A stretch of 64,000 nucleotides of DNA from Leucoraja ocellata (Eukaryota), in assembly GCA_036785375.1 (NCBI GenBank), contig JAWMAR010000711.1, positions 496,001 to 560,000 on the forward strand, given 5' to 3'. Position 1 is the stretch's first letter, and the number at the start of each line of letters is the position of its first letter. The notes below the pieces were generated by a model. The model was not told the DNA's origin and did not search any database. It worked only from the letters and a program-made list of their open reading frames with translations. The translations under genes and the position numbers were made by a program. Shown one piece after another: positions 1-13,369 of the stretch.

Positions 1-649
1 CGGAAAATTGGAAGTTTTTGTCATATTGAAACAAAATGTGCAGGTTTTGTTCTTGACGAGTTTCAGGAATGATTTATATAATATTTTTACACAATATGTT
101 AAAAATTCAGGTAGTTCCATGAGTTGGGTCACAAACCTGAATGAAAAAGCTCCTCGGCCCACAGCCTAGAACCAAAGCACCCAGAGGCACATCACATGGA
201 CATGGGGAGAATGAGCAAATGCCACAGAATAGCATTTGAGATCAATGTTGGTCCTTGGAACTATCAGACAACAACACTAACTGCTACATCAAGGTTATGG
301 GGAGAAGGCAGAAGAATTAAGTTGAGAAGGAAATGAAGATCAGGCGTGATTGAATGGCAGAGTAGATTTGATGGACCAAATGAACTTATGAACCAAGACG
401 CTGCCCTGTTTGTTCAACACATTGTGTATATGCCTACGGTGCTGACAACTCTCACCAAGCCAAGGTAACTCTGGGCTTGGGGGGCACTGTGAGTGGAAGG
501 GGTGTGGAAGGGCATAGATTACCTGAGCTGGCATTTTGTGGCCTTGTGTTAGTGGGCGGGTGGGAGTAGATTGAGCTGTGATGCCTGCTTTGGTTGAGGG
601 TTGTTGTTTGAGATCTACTCTTGCAGAGTAAATAATAGAAGAAATAGGT

Positions 650-666
650 GGGGGGGGGGGGGGGGG
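650..666. repeat. Poly-G tract in purine-rich sequence
   Basis: Read directly. Confidence 0.9.
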
Positions 667-739
667 AGGCAATGAGACAGATTGAGGGTGGGGGAAAGTG
701 AGAAAGAGAGGGGAGAGCAAGGGATCAGACTAGGAAAGA

Positions 740-910
740 ATAAAAGGTAGACAAAAGTGCTGGAGAAACTCAGCGGGTGCAGCAGCTGAGTTTAGGGTCT
801 ACATCAGTCTGAGGAGGGGTTTCGGGACGCTCCATAGATGCTGCTGCACTAGCTGAGTTCCTCCAGCACTTTTGTCTACCTTCGATTTTCCAGCACCTGC
901 AGTTCCTTCT
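740..910. repeat. Short Penelope-terminal-repeat-derived dispersed repeat. Other copies at ~3250-3370, 9015-9260, 10040-10250, 14305-14535, 29390-29510, 49760-49995, 51740-51805, 52145-52235, 63355-63485
   Basis: Recurrent motif 'tgctggagtaactcagcgggtcaggcagcatct' and its reverse complement, often head-to-head; the same motif ends the PLE copies at 10.7 and 28.6 kb. Confidence 0.7.
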
Positions 911-1974
911 TAAACACATAGGAAAGAATAAACCAGTGGGACAAGGTGGGTGAGAAAAGTGAGTGGGAGTGTTGTGGTTAAGGTGAGAGGAGTGACCATT
1001 CTCCACATGCCGGGCATCATTGGTTCGTATCTCCTGGCAGAGGGTCTGTCACTTCTACACCACCATCGAACCTCCAGCTTAATCCTTCCACTTTCTACAG
1101 CAGAGTCTGACTTCCACTGCTCACGCACAGCTAATGCTGACACCCAGTGGCCAGTGCTGCACATTGCAGGCTAGAGGAGACCAGGCAGCTAAACAGGATG
1201 AAAACAAACAAAAATAAACATTTGGAACTTTACCAAGATTATTTATTGTTAATAAATATCGTTCCCAGTTGGGAGGAAGGCCAGAAACATTGACTCTTTC
1301 TCTTTCCACACATACTGCCTGCCGGGTTATGGGGAGAAGGCAGGAAAATGGGGTTGAGAGGGAAAGATAGATCAGCCGTGATTGAATGGTGGAGTAAACT
1401 TGATGGGCCGAATGATCTCATTCTGCTCCTGTACCTTATGAACGTTTGTATGCCTGACCTGCTTAAAGCTTCCAGCATTTTCTGCTTAGGAAACTGAGCT
1501 GCACTAAACTGAATGAGTTGGTTCTGGCCCAGTTTAAAGGCCCCAGCTCAGTCATGTGCTGCCTCATTTGTAGAATCTTGCACTGCAAAGGTCAATGAGT
1601 GCACCTCCCACATATTTTGTACAATAATCAGTTATTATTCATTCTCATTCATTCAACTGTAATATTAAATCTGTTTATTAATTTGAATTGGTGTGATTGA
1701 GTGGCAGAATGATGCACCCATCGTGTACCCATAGAAGAGTTAACTGGCTCCTACTCTCTACCAGTGCTGCTCATGGCCTGGCTGCTGGGCTATGGATACG
1801 CTCTTCCACGGTAGACTGTCTACTCCAAGTTATAAGACAAAGCCTACAGCCTATACTTCCCTCAAAGCCACAAAACCTCGGCAGAATGGACGAGCAATAT
1901 TTTAGCAAGATTTATAATCAACTAACCTGACTAAACTTAAGGCAAAGTAAGAACTAAAAATATTAAAGTCATAT

Positions 1975-2960
1975 ACAATCATACAGTATGTCCATGTTGC
2001 CGAGATATTGGCCTATAGATGTTGGCCTATATGCCCACATTTTGGCCATACCCCTCTAAACCATTTCAATCTATCTACTGGTTCAAATGACTTTAACATA
2101 TTAGTTATTGTACCTGCCTCAACTACTTCCCCTGGCACCTTGTTCCACATACCCATTCTTCCCTGTATGAAAAATGTTCCCCTCAGGTTCCTATCTTTCC
2201 TCTCTCAACTTAAACCAATGCTCTTTAGTTCTTGGTGTTCTTGGATGTACATGATCAGCTCAGGAGATATATTTACCTTCATACATGTTTGGGCATCCAG
2301 CACCTCCATGGCTGGAATACAGAGTGTTCTCAAGTCATCAACATTAACTTTCCCCATTTCCTTGACCTTCATTGCTTTACCTGTGATTAAAAAGTAGCAG
2401 AAATGTTAATTGAGGACATTGCTCATTGCCTATCTGTTGGGGTTTCATACATATTTGACGGCTTTGGATCCTAACGGGCCCTATTCTCTCTCGTTACCCT
2501 TTTCCCCATAATATACTTAGATTTAGCTTAGAGATTAAAAATAAAGCATCAAATCAAGCCCTTCGGCACGCCGAGTCAACGCCGACCTTCGATCACCCAT
2601 TCACTTGTAAAATCTCTTTGGATTCTCCTTAAACGTATCTGCCAGAGCTACCTCAAGTCCCTTTTTTGACTTCCTAATTTCCTTCTTAAGTATGCTGCTC
2701 AATCCCCTCTACTGCTCTAGGGATAACAACTGCCTATATCTGACTCGTGCCTCTCTTTATCCTGGCCATAGCCTCAATTTGTCTCCTCATCCAGGTTTCC
2801 TTACTCCTACCTGCCTTGCCTTTCACTCTAACAGGAACATGCATACCTTTCACTATCCACTATTAAAATCATCCCATTTTCTGGAAGTCCCTTTGCCTGC
2901 AAACAACTTACTCCAAACAACTTTTGCAAGCTCCTGACCAACCCACTAAAGTTGGCCCCA
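1975..2960 (-). mobile_element. Old CR1-like LINE fragments
   Basis: Decayed similarity to the CR1 3' end at 13370-13917 (1975-2340) and CR1-like internal sequence; boundaries approximate. Confidence 0.5.
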
Positions 2961-4534
2961 ATTTAGAAGTTGTTCGGAGGTTGGCATGGCACTCAATAAT
3001 ATTGCCTCAACTTCGTAACAAGATTTCAGTAGAGGTTTTAGTAGACAGTTTACAGTAATTCACTCTCAGGTCTCTAGCATTGAAATAAATGTTATTTATT
3101 CCAACTATCTTTCCTCACTCCCTGCCATGCTCCTGCCTATCCTGTCCATTGACCTTGCTGTCATTGCCTCCTGTACTGACTTCCAGTCTCCCACTTGCCT
3201 CAATACTGCATTGGATCCCGACCCCCTGACAATCTAGTTTAAACCCTGGATACAAGAAACTGCAGGTACTGGTTTACAAAACAAGACCCAAAGTGCTGGA
3301 GTAACCCAGCGGGTCCGGCAGCATCTCTGAGGAGGATGGATAGGTGACGTTTTGGGTCAGGACCCTTCTTCAACCCCTCTTTAAACCCTCCTGAGTTAAA
3401 TACTCCCAGTAGCAAACCTGTACCTCTCGTACAGATCACCTCTATTCCATAGAGAATGGTCTGTTTCCATTCTGTATGACCCGAGGAAGCTGCCATGTCC
3501 AAATCACAGAGGCTATCAGGATGGATGAGGCTGCAGCATAGTGCTGTAAATTCTTGAACCATGTGTTGGCCAGTGTACATCAGCAACAGCATATTAATAT
3601 AAGGTAACCTATTAAACAAAAGAGATGGCTGTGCTTCTGAACAATTCTCTTTAGGATCAACTCTGTTCACTATCACAAAGGATTTTTCAACACTAATGAT
3701 ACTCTCGGGACAATTTACAAAGGACAATTAAACAACAAATCTGTGGGATGTGGGAGGAAACTCAAGCATTCAGAACACAAAATAAGGTTTTCAAGGTCAG
3801 TATATTGTCACATGTACCAGTCAAGGTACAGTGAAATTTGAGTTACCATACAGCCATACTAATGGGCCTGTCCAACTTAGGCAATTTTTTCGGCGACTGG
3901 ACCGCCCTACGGCAATATCTACATGGTTTTTTCCGTTTGCTTCCATAGTTTGTGGCAGTCAGACACTTGAGATGAGAGAAGAAGCTCTGATGTCAGGGCC
4001 ATGGACACAAACAAAATGTACAAAAAAAAGTACAAAAGTTAATCCTGGACATTAATGGTCTTACTAGGCTAACGACTGCCAGACCTGTGAAGTTTACGGT
4101 GTGAGCTGAGACCTTAAAGCCTGTAAATGTAAAACAAATTACACGGTGAGTATTAGAATGTGTAAACAAAATAGATAATTGGCAGGAAAGGAGCTATAAA
4201 TAAAGAGGAGAATTGATTAGTGTTTGTTTCTCCCACGGAGAGCTTGTGTCAGACAATAACACTAAGTAGGCATTGGACCAAGTGCTGATAGATGGGATTA
4301 GTAAATCAAGAGTGATTAATTGTCATATGCATGGGGAATGGAACAATGAAATTCTTACTTTCTGCAGCTTTACAGGCACATTAGTGCAAGTATAGATGGG
4401 TCCTTGATGGTCAGAATAAAGACGGTGGTCAGAAGGGACTGTTTCTTTGTTGTGTGACTGGGATCCAAAGCCATCCTTGCACACGGTGCCCACAGAGCAA
4501 TCTGAATGAGTTACAATAACTTGTTTTTAAGTTA

Positions 4535-4826
4535 AAAAAAAAAGATATACAGCATGGAAATAGGTCCCTCGGTCCACCGAATCCACGCTCACCTGCTGTC
4601 ACCCATACACTATCCTACAGACTAGGGACTATTTATAGAAGCCAATTAGCCTACAAACCTGCGTGTCTTTGGAATGTGTGTGGAAACCGGAGCACCTTGA
4701 GAAAACCCACGCAATCACAAGGGGAACGTACAAACTCCACACAAACAGCACCGATAGTCAGGATTGAACCCGGGTGGGTCTCTGGTGCTGTTAGGCAGCA
4801 ACTCTATCGTTGCGACACAGTGCTGC
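4535..4826 (-). mobile_element. tRNA-derived SINE, same family
   Basis: Reverse complement of the 50677 element's head, core and tail. Confidence 0.75.
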
Positions 4827-5569
4827 TCTTTATTTTTAAATCTGGAGGCAGTCGTAGATGTGATCGTCCTGTCAAACAAATTGACTAAACCCCAGGCAGC
4901 CTTTTACTCAAAACAACCGTATCCATAGCATTCTGTTAAGCTTCTTCTGTCTGAAATTTGCTGTTACTGTAAATTCAGCTGTGTGATTTGTAGCTTCAAA
5001 TACCCTAGTGTGGCTTGCAAACGTCTGCGCCCAATGGCATTTGTGTTGATTTACTGGAGTGCAAATTCTACAGGGGGCCTGGATGCTTTGTAACCCACTC
5101 ACAAGATAGCACAAGAAAGAATGGGTGTCACTCTGCCAGGGTCAGTTAATGTGTGTACCATTGTCCAAGTTAGTTTGTGAAGACTGCACTTGGAAAGTGT
5201 ACCCGAGCCAGCTGAAGGGGAAGCGGAGAGAGAAAGGGGTCAGGGGGAGAGAAACAACTGGCCAAAGGAATAAGAAAACCAGAATGGAATCTGTTGAGAA
5301 ACAGAAAGTAGATTGTCAGAACACCAAGCTTGTGTCAAACAAAGGTCTCCGTGCAATTCACAATCAAAATCTGAAGTTTGTTGCAATTCTAAAATAAAAT
5401 AAGAAAATGCTTGAAACAGCCTGGTTAGGCAGCTTCTGTGGAATGAGAAACAGTTAACTTTTAAGGTTGTTGACTATTCATTAATTCTGAGCAGATTCCT
5501 ATCCTGAATTTCCCCCTATGGAATTGACCCTCAACCATGACTGTAAGTAGAAAGATAACCTGGCCTTCA

Positions 5570-6635
5570 GCTCCACGGGCCTGCTCTGCCATCCCATCGG
5601 ATCTTTGGTGATCCAACGTTCCTCAAATCCACTTTCTTGCCCTTTCTCCAAAACCCGTGATTCAGCAATCTCTCTCAGCCTTAAATATATTCAAGGACTT
5701 TGCTCCCTCTGTGGCAAGGAGTTCCAAATACTCTCAGCACTCAAAGGGAAGAAATTATATCTCATCCCCGTCTTAATAACACATTCACTTATTCTGAGTC
5801 CATGGCCTGTGCTTCTGGACTCTGTCACGCGAGGAAACATCATCTCAGCATTTACATATACATAGAAGATACATAGAAAATAGGTGCAGGAGTAGGCCAT
5901 TCGGCCCTTCGAGCTTGCACCGCCATTCAATATGATCATGCATGATCATCCAACTCAGTATCCCATACATGCCTTCTCTCCATACCCCCTGATCCCTTTA
6001 GCCACAAGGGCCACATCTAACTCCCTCTTAAATATAGCCAATGAACTGACCTCAACTACCCTCTGTGGCAGAGAGTTCCAGAGATTCACCACTCTCTGTG
6101 TGAAAAATGTTTTTCTCATCTCGGTCTTAAAGGATTTCCCCCTTATCCTTAAACTGTGAGCCCTTGTCCTGGACTTCCCCAACATCGGGAACAATCTTCC
6201 TGCATCTAGCCTGTCCAATCCCTTAAGCATTTTGTAAGTTTCTATAAGATCCCCCCTCAATCTCCTAAATTCTAGCGCGTATAAGCCGAGTCTATCCAGT
6301 CTTTCTTCATATGAAAGTCCTGACATCCCAGGAATCAGTCTGGTGAACCTTCTCTGCACTCCCTCTATGGCAATAATGTCCTTCCTCAGATTTGGAGACC
6401 AAAATTTCTTTCAGGTTTAACTTTGTAAGAATCTTGCGTTCCAATAAGATTGTCTCTCAATGTTTTCAACTCTAATTAGCTCCAATTTGTAGGACAATCC
6501 CTCCCAATCCAAAGTTATCCAAGTGAAACTTTTCAGAATAGCCTCCAATGGAATAGTATTTTCTTTTAAATGGGGAAACCAAAAATTATGCCAGAACGCC
6601 AGACGTCTCACAAATACCTTGTACAGTTGCACTAA
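5570..6635 (-). mobile_element. Old degenerate CR1 LINE (~5570-5858 and ~6405-6635) interrupted by the younger CR1
   Basis: ORFs 5691..5939 (MFPRVTESRSTGHGLRI...IWNSLPQ) and 6417..6632 (QLYKVFVRR...FWFPHLK) are decayed CR1 ORF2 peptides. Confidence 0.75.
5863..6404 (-). mobile_element. Young CR1 LINE 3' fragment, same subfamily as 7015-8020
   Basis: ORF 5955..6359 is almost identical to the C-terminus of ORF 7147..7917; same 3' UTR and tail. Confidence 0.92.
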
Positions 6636-7014
6636 GGCTCTGCCCTCATTGCTGAATCTGCCGTCTCATTGATAGAAAATGATGTGCTTAACTCTGCTGA
6701 TTACAGTGAAAGATCTCCGTGTGAGATCATCTTTCACTATGTGACAAATCTCGATGTTCATTTCTTTCCAGGGGAGTGACTTCCTGCGAGGAACAATGGA
6801 CCCTCACAGACTTCCTGCCCAAGCAACCTCCCTCCATGCTGCAAAATAATGATTCAATGACTGCCTCAGGAAAGCAGCCAACATAACTAAGGATCACCCA
6901 CGCTCCAGTTATTTCCTCTTCTCTTCTCTCCCATTGTGCAGAAGGTACAGAAACCTGAAAGCGTGCCACCATATTCAAGGACAGCTTCTTCCCTGTTGCC
7001 CTTGAACAGGCGAA

Positions 7015-8020
7015 GCCCAGCTATTTACAATATATATTAATGATCTGGATGAGGGAATTGAAGGCAATATCTCCAAGTTTGCGGATGACACTAAGCTGGG
7101 GGGCAGTGTTAGGTGTGAGGAGGATGCTAGGAGACTGCAAGGTGACTTGGATAGGCTGGGTGAGTGGGCAAATGTTTGGCAGATGCAGTTTAATGTGGAT
7201 AAATGTGAGGTTATCCATTTTGGTGGCAAAAACGGGAAAGCAGATTATTATCTAAACGGTGGCCGATTGGGAAACGGGGAGATGCAGCGAGACCTGGGTG
7301 TCATGGTACACCAGTCATTGAAGGTAGGCATGCAGGTGCAGCAGGCAGTAAAGAAAGCGAATGGCATGTTGGCCTTCATAGCAAGAGGATTTGAGTATAG
7401 GAGCAGGGAGGTTCTACTGCAGTTGTATAGGGTCTTGGTGAGACCACACCTGGAGTATTGCGTGCAGTTTTGGTCTCCAAATCTGAGGAAGGACATTATT
7501 GCCATAGAGGGAGTGCAGAGAAGGTTCACCAGACTGATTCCTGGGATGTCAGGACTGTCTTATGAAGAAAGACTGGATAGACTTGGTTTATACTCTCTAG
7601 AGTTTAGGAGAATGAGAGGGGATCTTATAGAAACTTACAAAATTCTTAAGGGGTTGGACAGGCTAGATGCAGGAAGATTGTTTCCGATGTTGGGGAAGTC
7701 CAGGACAAGGGGTCACAGCTTAAGGATAAGGGGGAAATCCTTTAAAACCGAGATGAGGAGAACTTTTTTCACACAGAGAGTGGTGAATCTCTGGAACTCT
7801 CTGCCACAGAGGGTAGTTGAGGCCAGTTCATTGGCTATATTTAAGAGGGAGTTAGATGTGGCCCTTGTGGCCAAGGGGATCAGAGGGTATGGAGAAAAGG
7901 CAGGTACGGGATACTGAGTTGGATGATCAGCCATGATCATATTAAATGGCGGTGCAGGCTCGAAGGGCCGAATGGCCTACTCCTGCACCTAATTTCTATG
8001 TTTCTATGTTTCTATGTTTC
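7015..8020 (+). mobile_element. Young 5'-truncated CR1-clade LINE (3' end of ORF2 RT plus 3' UTR)
   Basis: Open frame 7015-7917 containing [10 protein letters not shown]...SKFADDTK and LVRPHLEYCVQFWSP; ends in a (TTTCTATG)n tail at 7993-8020. Confidence 0.93.
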
Positions 8021-8157
8021 CCACATGCTAAGAATGTATTCCTGATCTCCCAACTACCTTGCACCTTTTTTGAATTGGCACTTTCTTAATAGCTGGGAAA
8101 CTATATTCTGCACTGTTCATTTTTTTCTCTTTAAGGTGGTTGTGCTTATGTTTGGTA

Positions 8158-8342
8158 AAGCCCCTGTCCCACTTAGGAAACCTGAAGGGAAACCTCTGGA
8201 GATTTTGTGCCCCACCCAAGGTTTCCGTGCGGTTCCCGGAGGTTTTTGTCAGTCTCCCTACCTGCAACCTCCGTCAACCACCTGCAACCTCCGGGAACCA
8301 CAAGGAAACCTTGGGTGGGGTGCAAAGTCTCCAGAGGTTTCC
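8158..8342. mobile_element. Palindromic MITE remnant (one terminus lost)
   Basis: Starts with cctgtcccactt, like the 56.3 kb MITE; 8188-8244 is an imperfect inverted repeat of 8287-8342. Confidence 0.75.
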
Positions 8343-10684
8343 AACATTGAAGATAGCACACTATCTAAGATAGTGTGGTGTGATTGTACGATTCTCCCTG
8401 GCTAGTATTCAAAACAGTTATTTACCGTATCTCATTACATGGCAATGATAAACCTATGAGCAATCGTTCTCATTCAAGATTCCATTGGAGAAGATGTAGA
8501 GATCTGCATCTTTTCAGAAGCTTAAAGAACATCCGAGAGTTTTACAGCCAATGAAATGCTTTTAGGAGTGCATTCCTGGCAAGAAACACAGCTGGGAATT
8601 TGTGTGTAACTGCAGTGGGCAGACAATCTGTTCTGGTGATGCTGGTTGAAGGATCAGTATTGGCTGGGGATAAGTCACCAGATCTTCATCAATATTTTTC
8701 CAATTTACCTGACATGGCAAATCCCATTTCACCTGCAGCATTGAACCTGTGATGATCTTGCGTTCTTTCAGCTATACTCTAGGACAATCGACCTAGACTA
8801 CAATTCTCATGAAATTAGGGTAAAATTGTATTTTAGAATCTTCTGCCTCAGAGGTGAAGGTGTATGGAGGGAAATTAAAATAAAATCAGAAAATGCTGGA
8901 AAAACTTAGAACAGGGAGCATCTGTGGAAAAGAAGTGTTAAAGATTCAGGCCCAGGATCATTGATTGGAGAGAGGCTGCTTCACCTGAATTATTAACCTT
9001 TCCTCTTTGCATAAATATGTAGGAGGAACTGCAGATGCTGGTTTACTCCGAAGATAGACACGAAATGCTGGAGTAACTCAGCAAGATAGACAGCAGGAAT
9101 GGGGGAGGTTTTGGGTTGAGACCCTTCTTCAGTCTGAAGATCCTGAAACATCATCCATTCCTTCTCTCCAGAGATGCTGTCTGACAGGCTGAGTTACTCC
9201 TGTATTTTGTGTCGATGCTCTTTACACAGATGCTGCCTGACCTCTGGAGAGATTCCAGTACTTTCTGATTATATTTGAGGTACCTTGGAAGTGGGGCCAG
9301 GAACTCGTCACAAATCATGGTGCATGGTCATCAGGCTGAAGACATCATCAACAGGGGAGTGAGACTTTGCTACTTCACTTCCCAGCCATGAGGTCCAAGG
9401 AGTTGGGTTAATGGCTTGGAGTGCAGATGGAGTAGGTGTTCCAGGGCTGAGTAAATATCACTCAGCGACTAGACCAAGAACATTGCCTCTATTACAAGAG
9501 TGTTCATGCCCAGAGCTCAACATAAGAACTGAACAATTTTACATACAAACAGTCTGGGGAAGGAATGCATTTTGGTCAGTGATATCATATCTACCAGCAG
9601 TCCAAATTCAGTGGAAGTGAATATGGAACAAGCCTAACAACAGGCAGGAAGTGTAAGTCAAATATCTACCTCACTTCACTTTTTGCAAATGTAAAATTTG
9701 ATTCATATATTTTGTGATTCAATTATAAAGTAATTTACTGATGGTTGTTCTCAATATTATTTATCTTTGCATTCATCTGTGGAAAAATTCAAACCTCCAA
9801 CTGAGAAGAAATAGGTCATTTGTTGTTGCATTTGTAGATTACACTATATTTTACTGTAGTAGAGTTCAACTGTGTTAGTGCACATGAAGGAATACCGAGT
9901 CTGGCTGGCAATTAAAAAGTGATGCGTACCTTCACTAAAGTCATCGGGTATAAAATCCAAGAAAGCTGTAAAAAGGTTACCATTCACCAACAGAAATGTG
10001 ACCCTGCTGAGCATGACAGCTTTCATTCCTATGCAAAAAAGACAAAGTTCTGGAGTTACTCTGCGAGTCAGGCAGCACCTCTGGAGAACATGGACAGGTG
10101 ACATTTCGGGTCGGAGCCCTTCTTCAGAGTGAAGGGTCCTGACCCAAAGCGTCGCTTACCCGTTCTCTAAAGATGCTGCTTATCCCGATGATTACTCCAG
10201 CATTTTGTGTTTTTGCTCAAGATTCCAGCATCTGCCACTCCTTGTGTCCAGCCTCATTCATACTTTGTAACTTGGTAAACTGGGTAGGCTAAATTGTCAT
10301 TCAGGCCAGTTTATGAATACAAATGTGAAATGAGCTGTTTATGGTCTGTGAGTTTGAGAAGTACGGAAGAAACCGTGTAGACAATGCTACTAGATAGATG
10401 TTTAAGATGGTAGATTGTGATATTCAATCAAACTGCATCTTTCTGGATGTTGAGCTTCAGTGTCCTTTGATCTGCACCCATTTAGCAAAATCGCCAATGC
10501 TATATCTTACTCCTATTTTGCTCCTTACAGGCAATGCACCATTTTGGGGGTGTTGGGAAGTAAGTCTTTTACACAAGATTACAAAGTGTCAACCCTGTTT
10601 GTTTCGCCAGAGTGCTTATTGGGTGGCTCCATATAATGAAATGGTGAAATGCAGTCATCAGAACATTGATAATGCTGAAGGTAA

Positions 10685-11700
10685 ACACAGAATTCTGGAT
10701 TAACTCAGCGGGACAGGCAGCATCTCTGGAGAGAAGGAATGGGTGACGTTTCGGGTTGAGACCCTTCTTCAGACTGATGTCAGGGGAGTGGGCGGTACAG
10801 AGATAGAATGTAGTCAGAGACAGTAAGACTGGTGGGAGAACTGGGAAGGGGGATGGGATGGAGAGAGAGGGAAAGCAAGGGCTACTTTTAAGTTAGAGAA
10901 GTTAATATTCATACCTCTGGGGTGTAAGCTACCCAAGCGAAATATGAGGTGCTGTTCCTCCAATTTGCGCTGGGCCTCTCTGACAATGTCAGATTGGGAA
11001 TGGGAGTTGAAGTGTTGAGCAACTGGGACATCAGGTAGGTTAAGGCGGACTGAGCGGCGGTGTTCAGCGAAACGATCGCTGAGCCTGCGCTTGGTCTCGC
11101 CGATATACAGGACACCTGGAACAGCGGATTCAGTAGATGAGGCTGGAAGAGGTGCAAGCCTCACCTGAAAAGTCTGTCGAAGTTCTTGGATGGAGTCGAG
11201 GGAGGTAAAGGGACAGGTGTTGCATCACCTGTGGTTGCAGTAGAAAGTACTTGGGGAGGGGGTGGTTTGGGTGGGAAGGGCCGAGTTGATCAGGGAATTG
11301 CGGAGGGAACAGTCTGCAAAAAGCAGAAGGGGTGAAGATGGTAAGATGTGGCCAGTAGTGAGATCCCGTTGGAGATGGAAAAAATGTTGTAAGATTATAT
11401 GCTGTATTCGATGGCTGATGGGGTGGAAGGCGAGGACAAGGGGGACTCTGTCTTTGTTACGAATGGGGGGGAAGCATGAGCGGAGCTGCAGGATATCGAG
11501 ATCTTAGTTAGAGCCTCATCTATAATGGAAGAGGGGAACCCCCGTTTGTTGAAGAATGAGGATGACCTGGTATGGAAAACCCTCATCCTGGGCACAGATG
11601 CAGCGTAGACGGAGGAATTGGAAGCAGAGTATAGTCTTTACTGGAAGCAGGGTGGGAAGAAGTGTAGTCTAGATAGCTATGGGAGTCAGTGGGTTTGTAA
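10685..11700 (-). mobile_element. Penelope-like retroelement fragment with GIY-YIG endonuclease remnant and terminal repeat
   Basis: ORF 10814..11164 LYIGETKRRLSDRFAEH...PVAQHFN...RKLEEQHLIFRLGSLHPRGMN is typical of the PLE GIY-YIG C-terminus. Confidence 0.85.
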
Positions 11701-12714
11701 TAGATATTATTAATGATAATGCTGACTTATTGATGGTGCCTCATAACAGGACCCAATGATGTGGTTCGACTGTCAGTGGAGTTGGGCATTGCCTGATACT
11801 TGTATGCCATAAAAATAACAAAAAAAAAACATAGATGCTGGAAATCTGAAATAAAAAAAGCCTGAAAATATTGGAAATACTCAATCATCTTTGGCAGGAG
11901 AAAACTAATTAATGTTTCAGGTTAATGATCTGAGTGTGTGCTACTTTCTATCAACAGCTTAAATCTGTATGATAAGACTTGCAGCTTCACAATCTGTGCA
12001 TTGGTCATTGATCAGTCACTACTTCTGGCTCACAGCATGCTCCATCCCACTATATTTTCTCCTATGTCAATTCCACGGCCTTTTAATTTGTGTTGCCACT
12101 TGCAATGATTTGTGTCCACTGCTCCAGATTTCTGTTGTTTACTATTTTTCAAGCATTTTGATACTCTATTCTTCCCTCCAAAATATACCACTCATGGAGG
12201 TCAAATTAAAGTTCATTTATCTACTACCCAATCTGACAGTTAATGACTATGCTTCTGTACTTGAAATAATATATGCTGGAAACAGTCAAAAGGTCAAGCA
12301 GCGTCTGTTGAAAAAGAGAATTAATGTTCTTGGTCTAAAACTCTATGTGCATTTATTTTACTTCAAAAGTCTTTTTTATTTACTTGTATTTTCCTGGATT
12401 TTATCAGCTTTCAATAGATTAAACTCCCCAGTTCAAGTTTTAACGCTGGTCCTCATCTTGGTCATCATGAAACACGTCTGTGAACCTCCTGACGAGTGGA
12501 TTAACTTTCACACCATATTGCCAATTTTCTAACTAGCCATTGTTTTTCCTCGGTATCTGAAAAATATAAACATGCTAGTTTCTCACTAATAGTTTATAAG
12601 AGCTGCAACTGAAAAATGATTTCACCCATGCCACAATTTTCCGCCGTTTAGAGGCACTTTGTTGGCAGCCAACAATATAGCCGTCTCCACGTGTTTATAG
12701 TTTTGTTATTTTTT

Positions 12715-12988
12715 TTAGTTTGGAGATATGGTGTGGGAACAGACCCTTCGGTCCACTATGTCCGTGCAGACCAGCAATCACGCATACGCTAGCTTTATCC
12801 TACCCATACGGATCATTTATAGAAGCCAACTAACCTACAAACCTGCACATCTTTGGAATGTGGAAAGAAACCGGAGCACCCGGAGAAAATCTACATGGTC
12901 ACAAGGAAAATGTACAAACTCCTTGCAGACAGAACCCGGTTCTCTGGCGCTGTAAAGCAGCAACGCTACTGCTACGGCACTGTGCCGC
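12715..12988 (-). mobile_element. tRNA-derived SINE, same family
   Basis: 'gaaaccggagcacccggagaaaa...gctactgctacggcactgtgccgc' is the SINE core and head reversed. Confidence 0.75.
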
Positions 12989-13369
12989 GTATTTACTAAT
13001 CCTTACGCCGATCACATTTTCTTCTGAAAAATAATAAAACCTGCAGATGCTGCAAATCTGAAATAAAAGTACAAAATATTGGAAACATTCACCTGGTCCT
13101 AGTGTTCCCAGGCTTTTCTGCTTTTATTTTATTGTTTCTGCCCATTTTTGTTGCACTCCTCATCAAATTTCAGAACTATTGGGACCCAAAAGCCTCAAGT
13201 GAAGTTAAATATGTATCAGACATGTCCCGCTTGCAAAATCCTTCCTTGGCATCATCCCTCCCTACATCGCTAATATCTCCAACACCTAAGCGAGGCCTTC
13301 CTCTAGCGCCATCTACTTGGCAGTGTTGGCAGTGCTGTCGACCAGCTGGTAGAGTCATAGAATGATAGT

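Noticed and set aside
7147-7917. 256-aa reverse-transcriptase ORF as a domesticated gene or prokaryotic RT system
   Set aside because: Typical 5'-truncated CR1 ORF2 end with its own 3' UTR and tail, and near-identical copies nearby.
11969-12532. 187-aa plus-strand ORF
   Set aside because: Hydrophobic low-information translation of AT-rich DNA overlapping decayed repeats; no recognisable domain or splice context.
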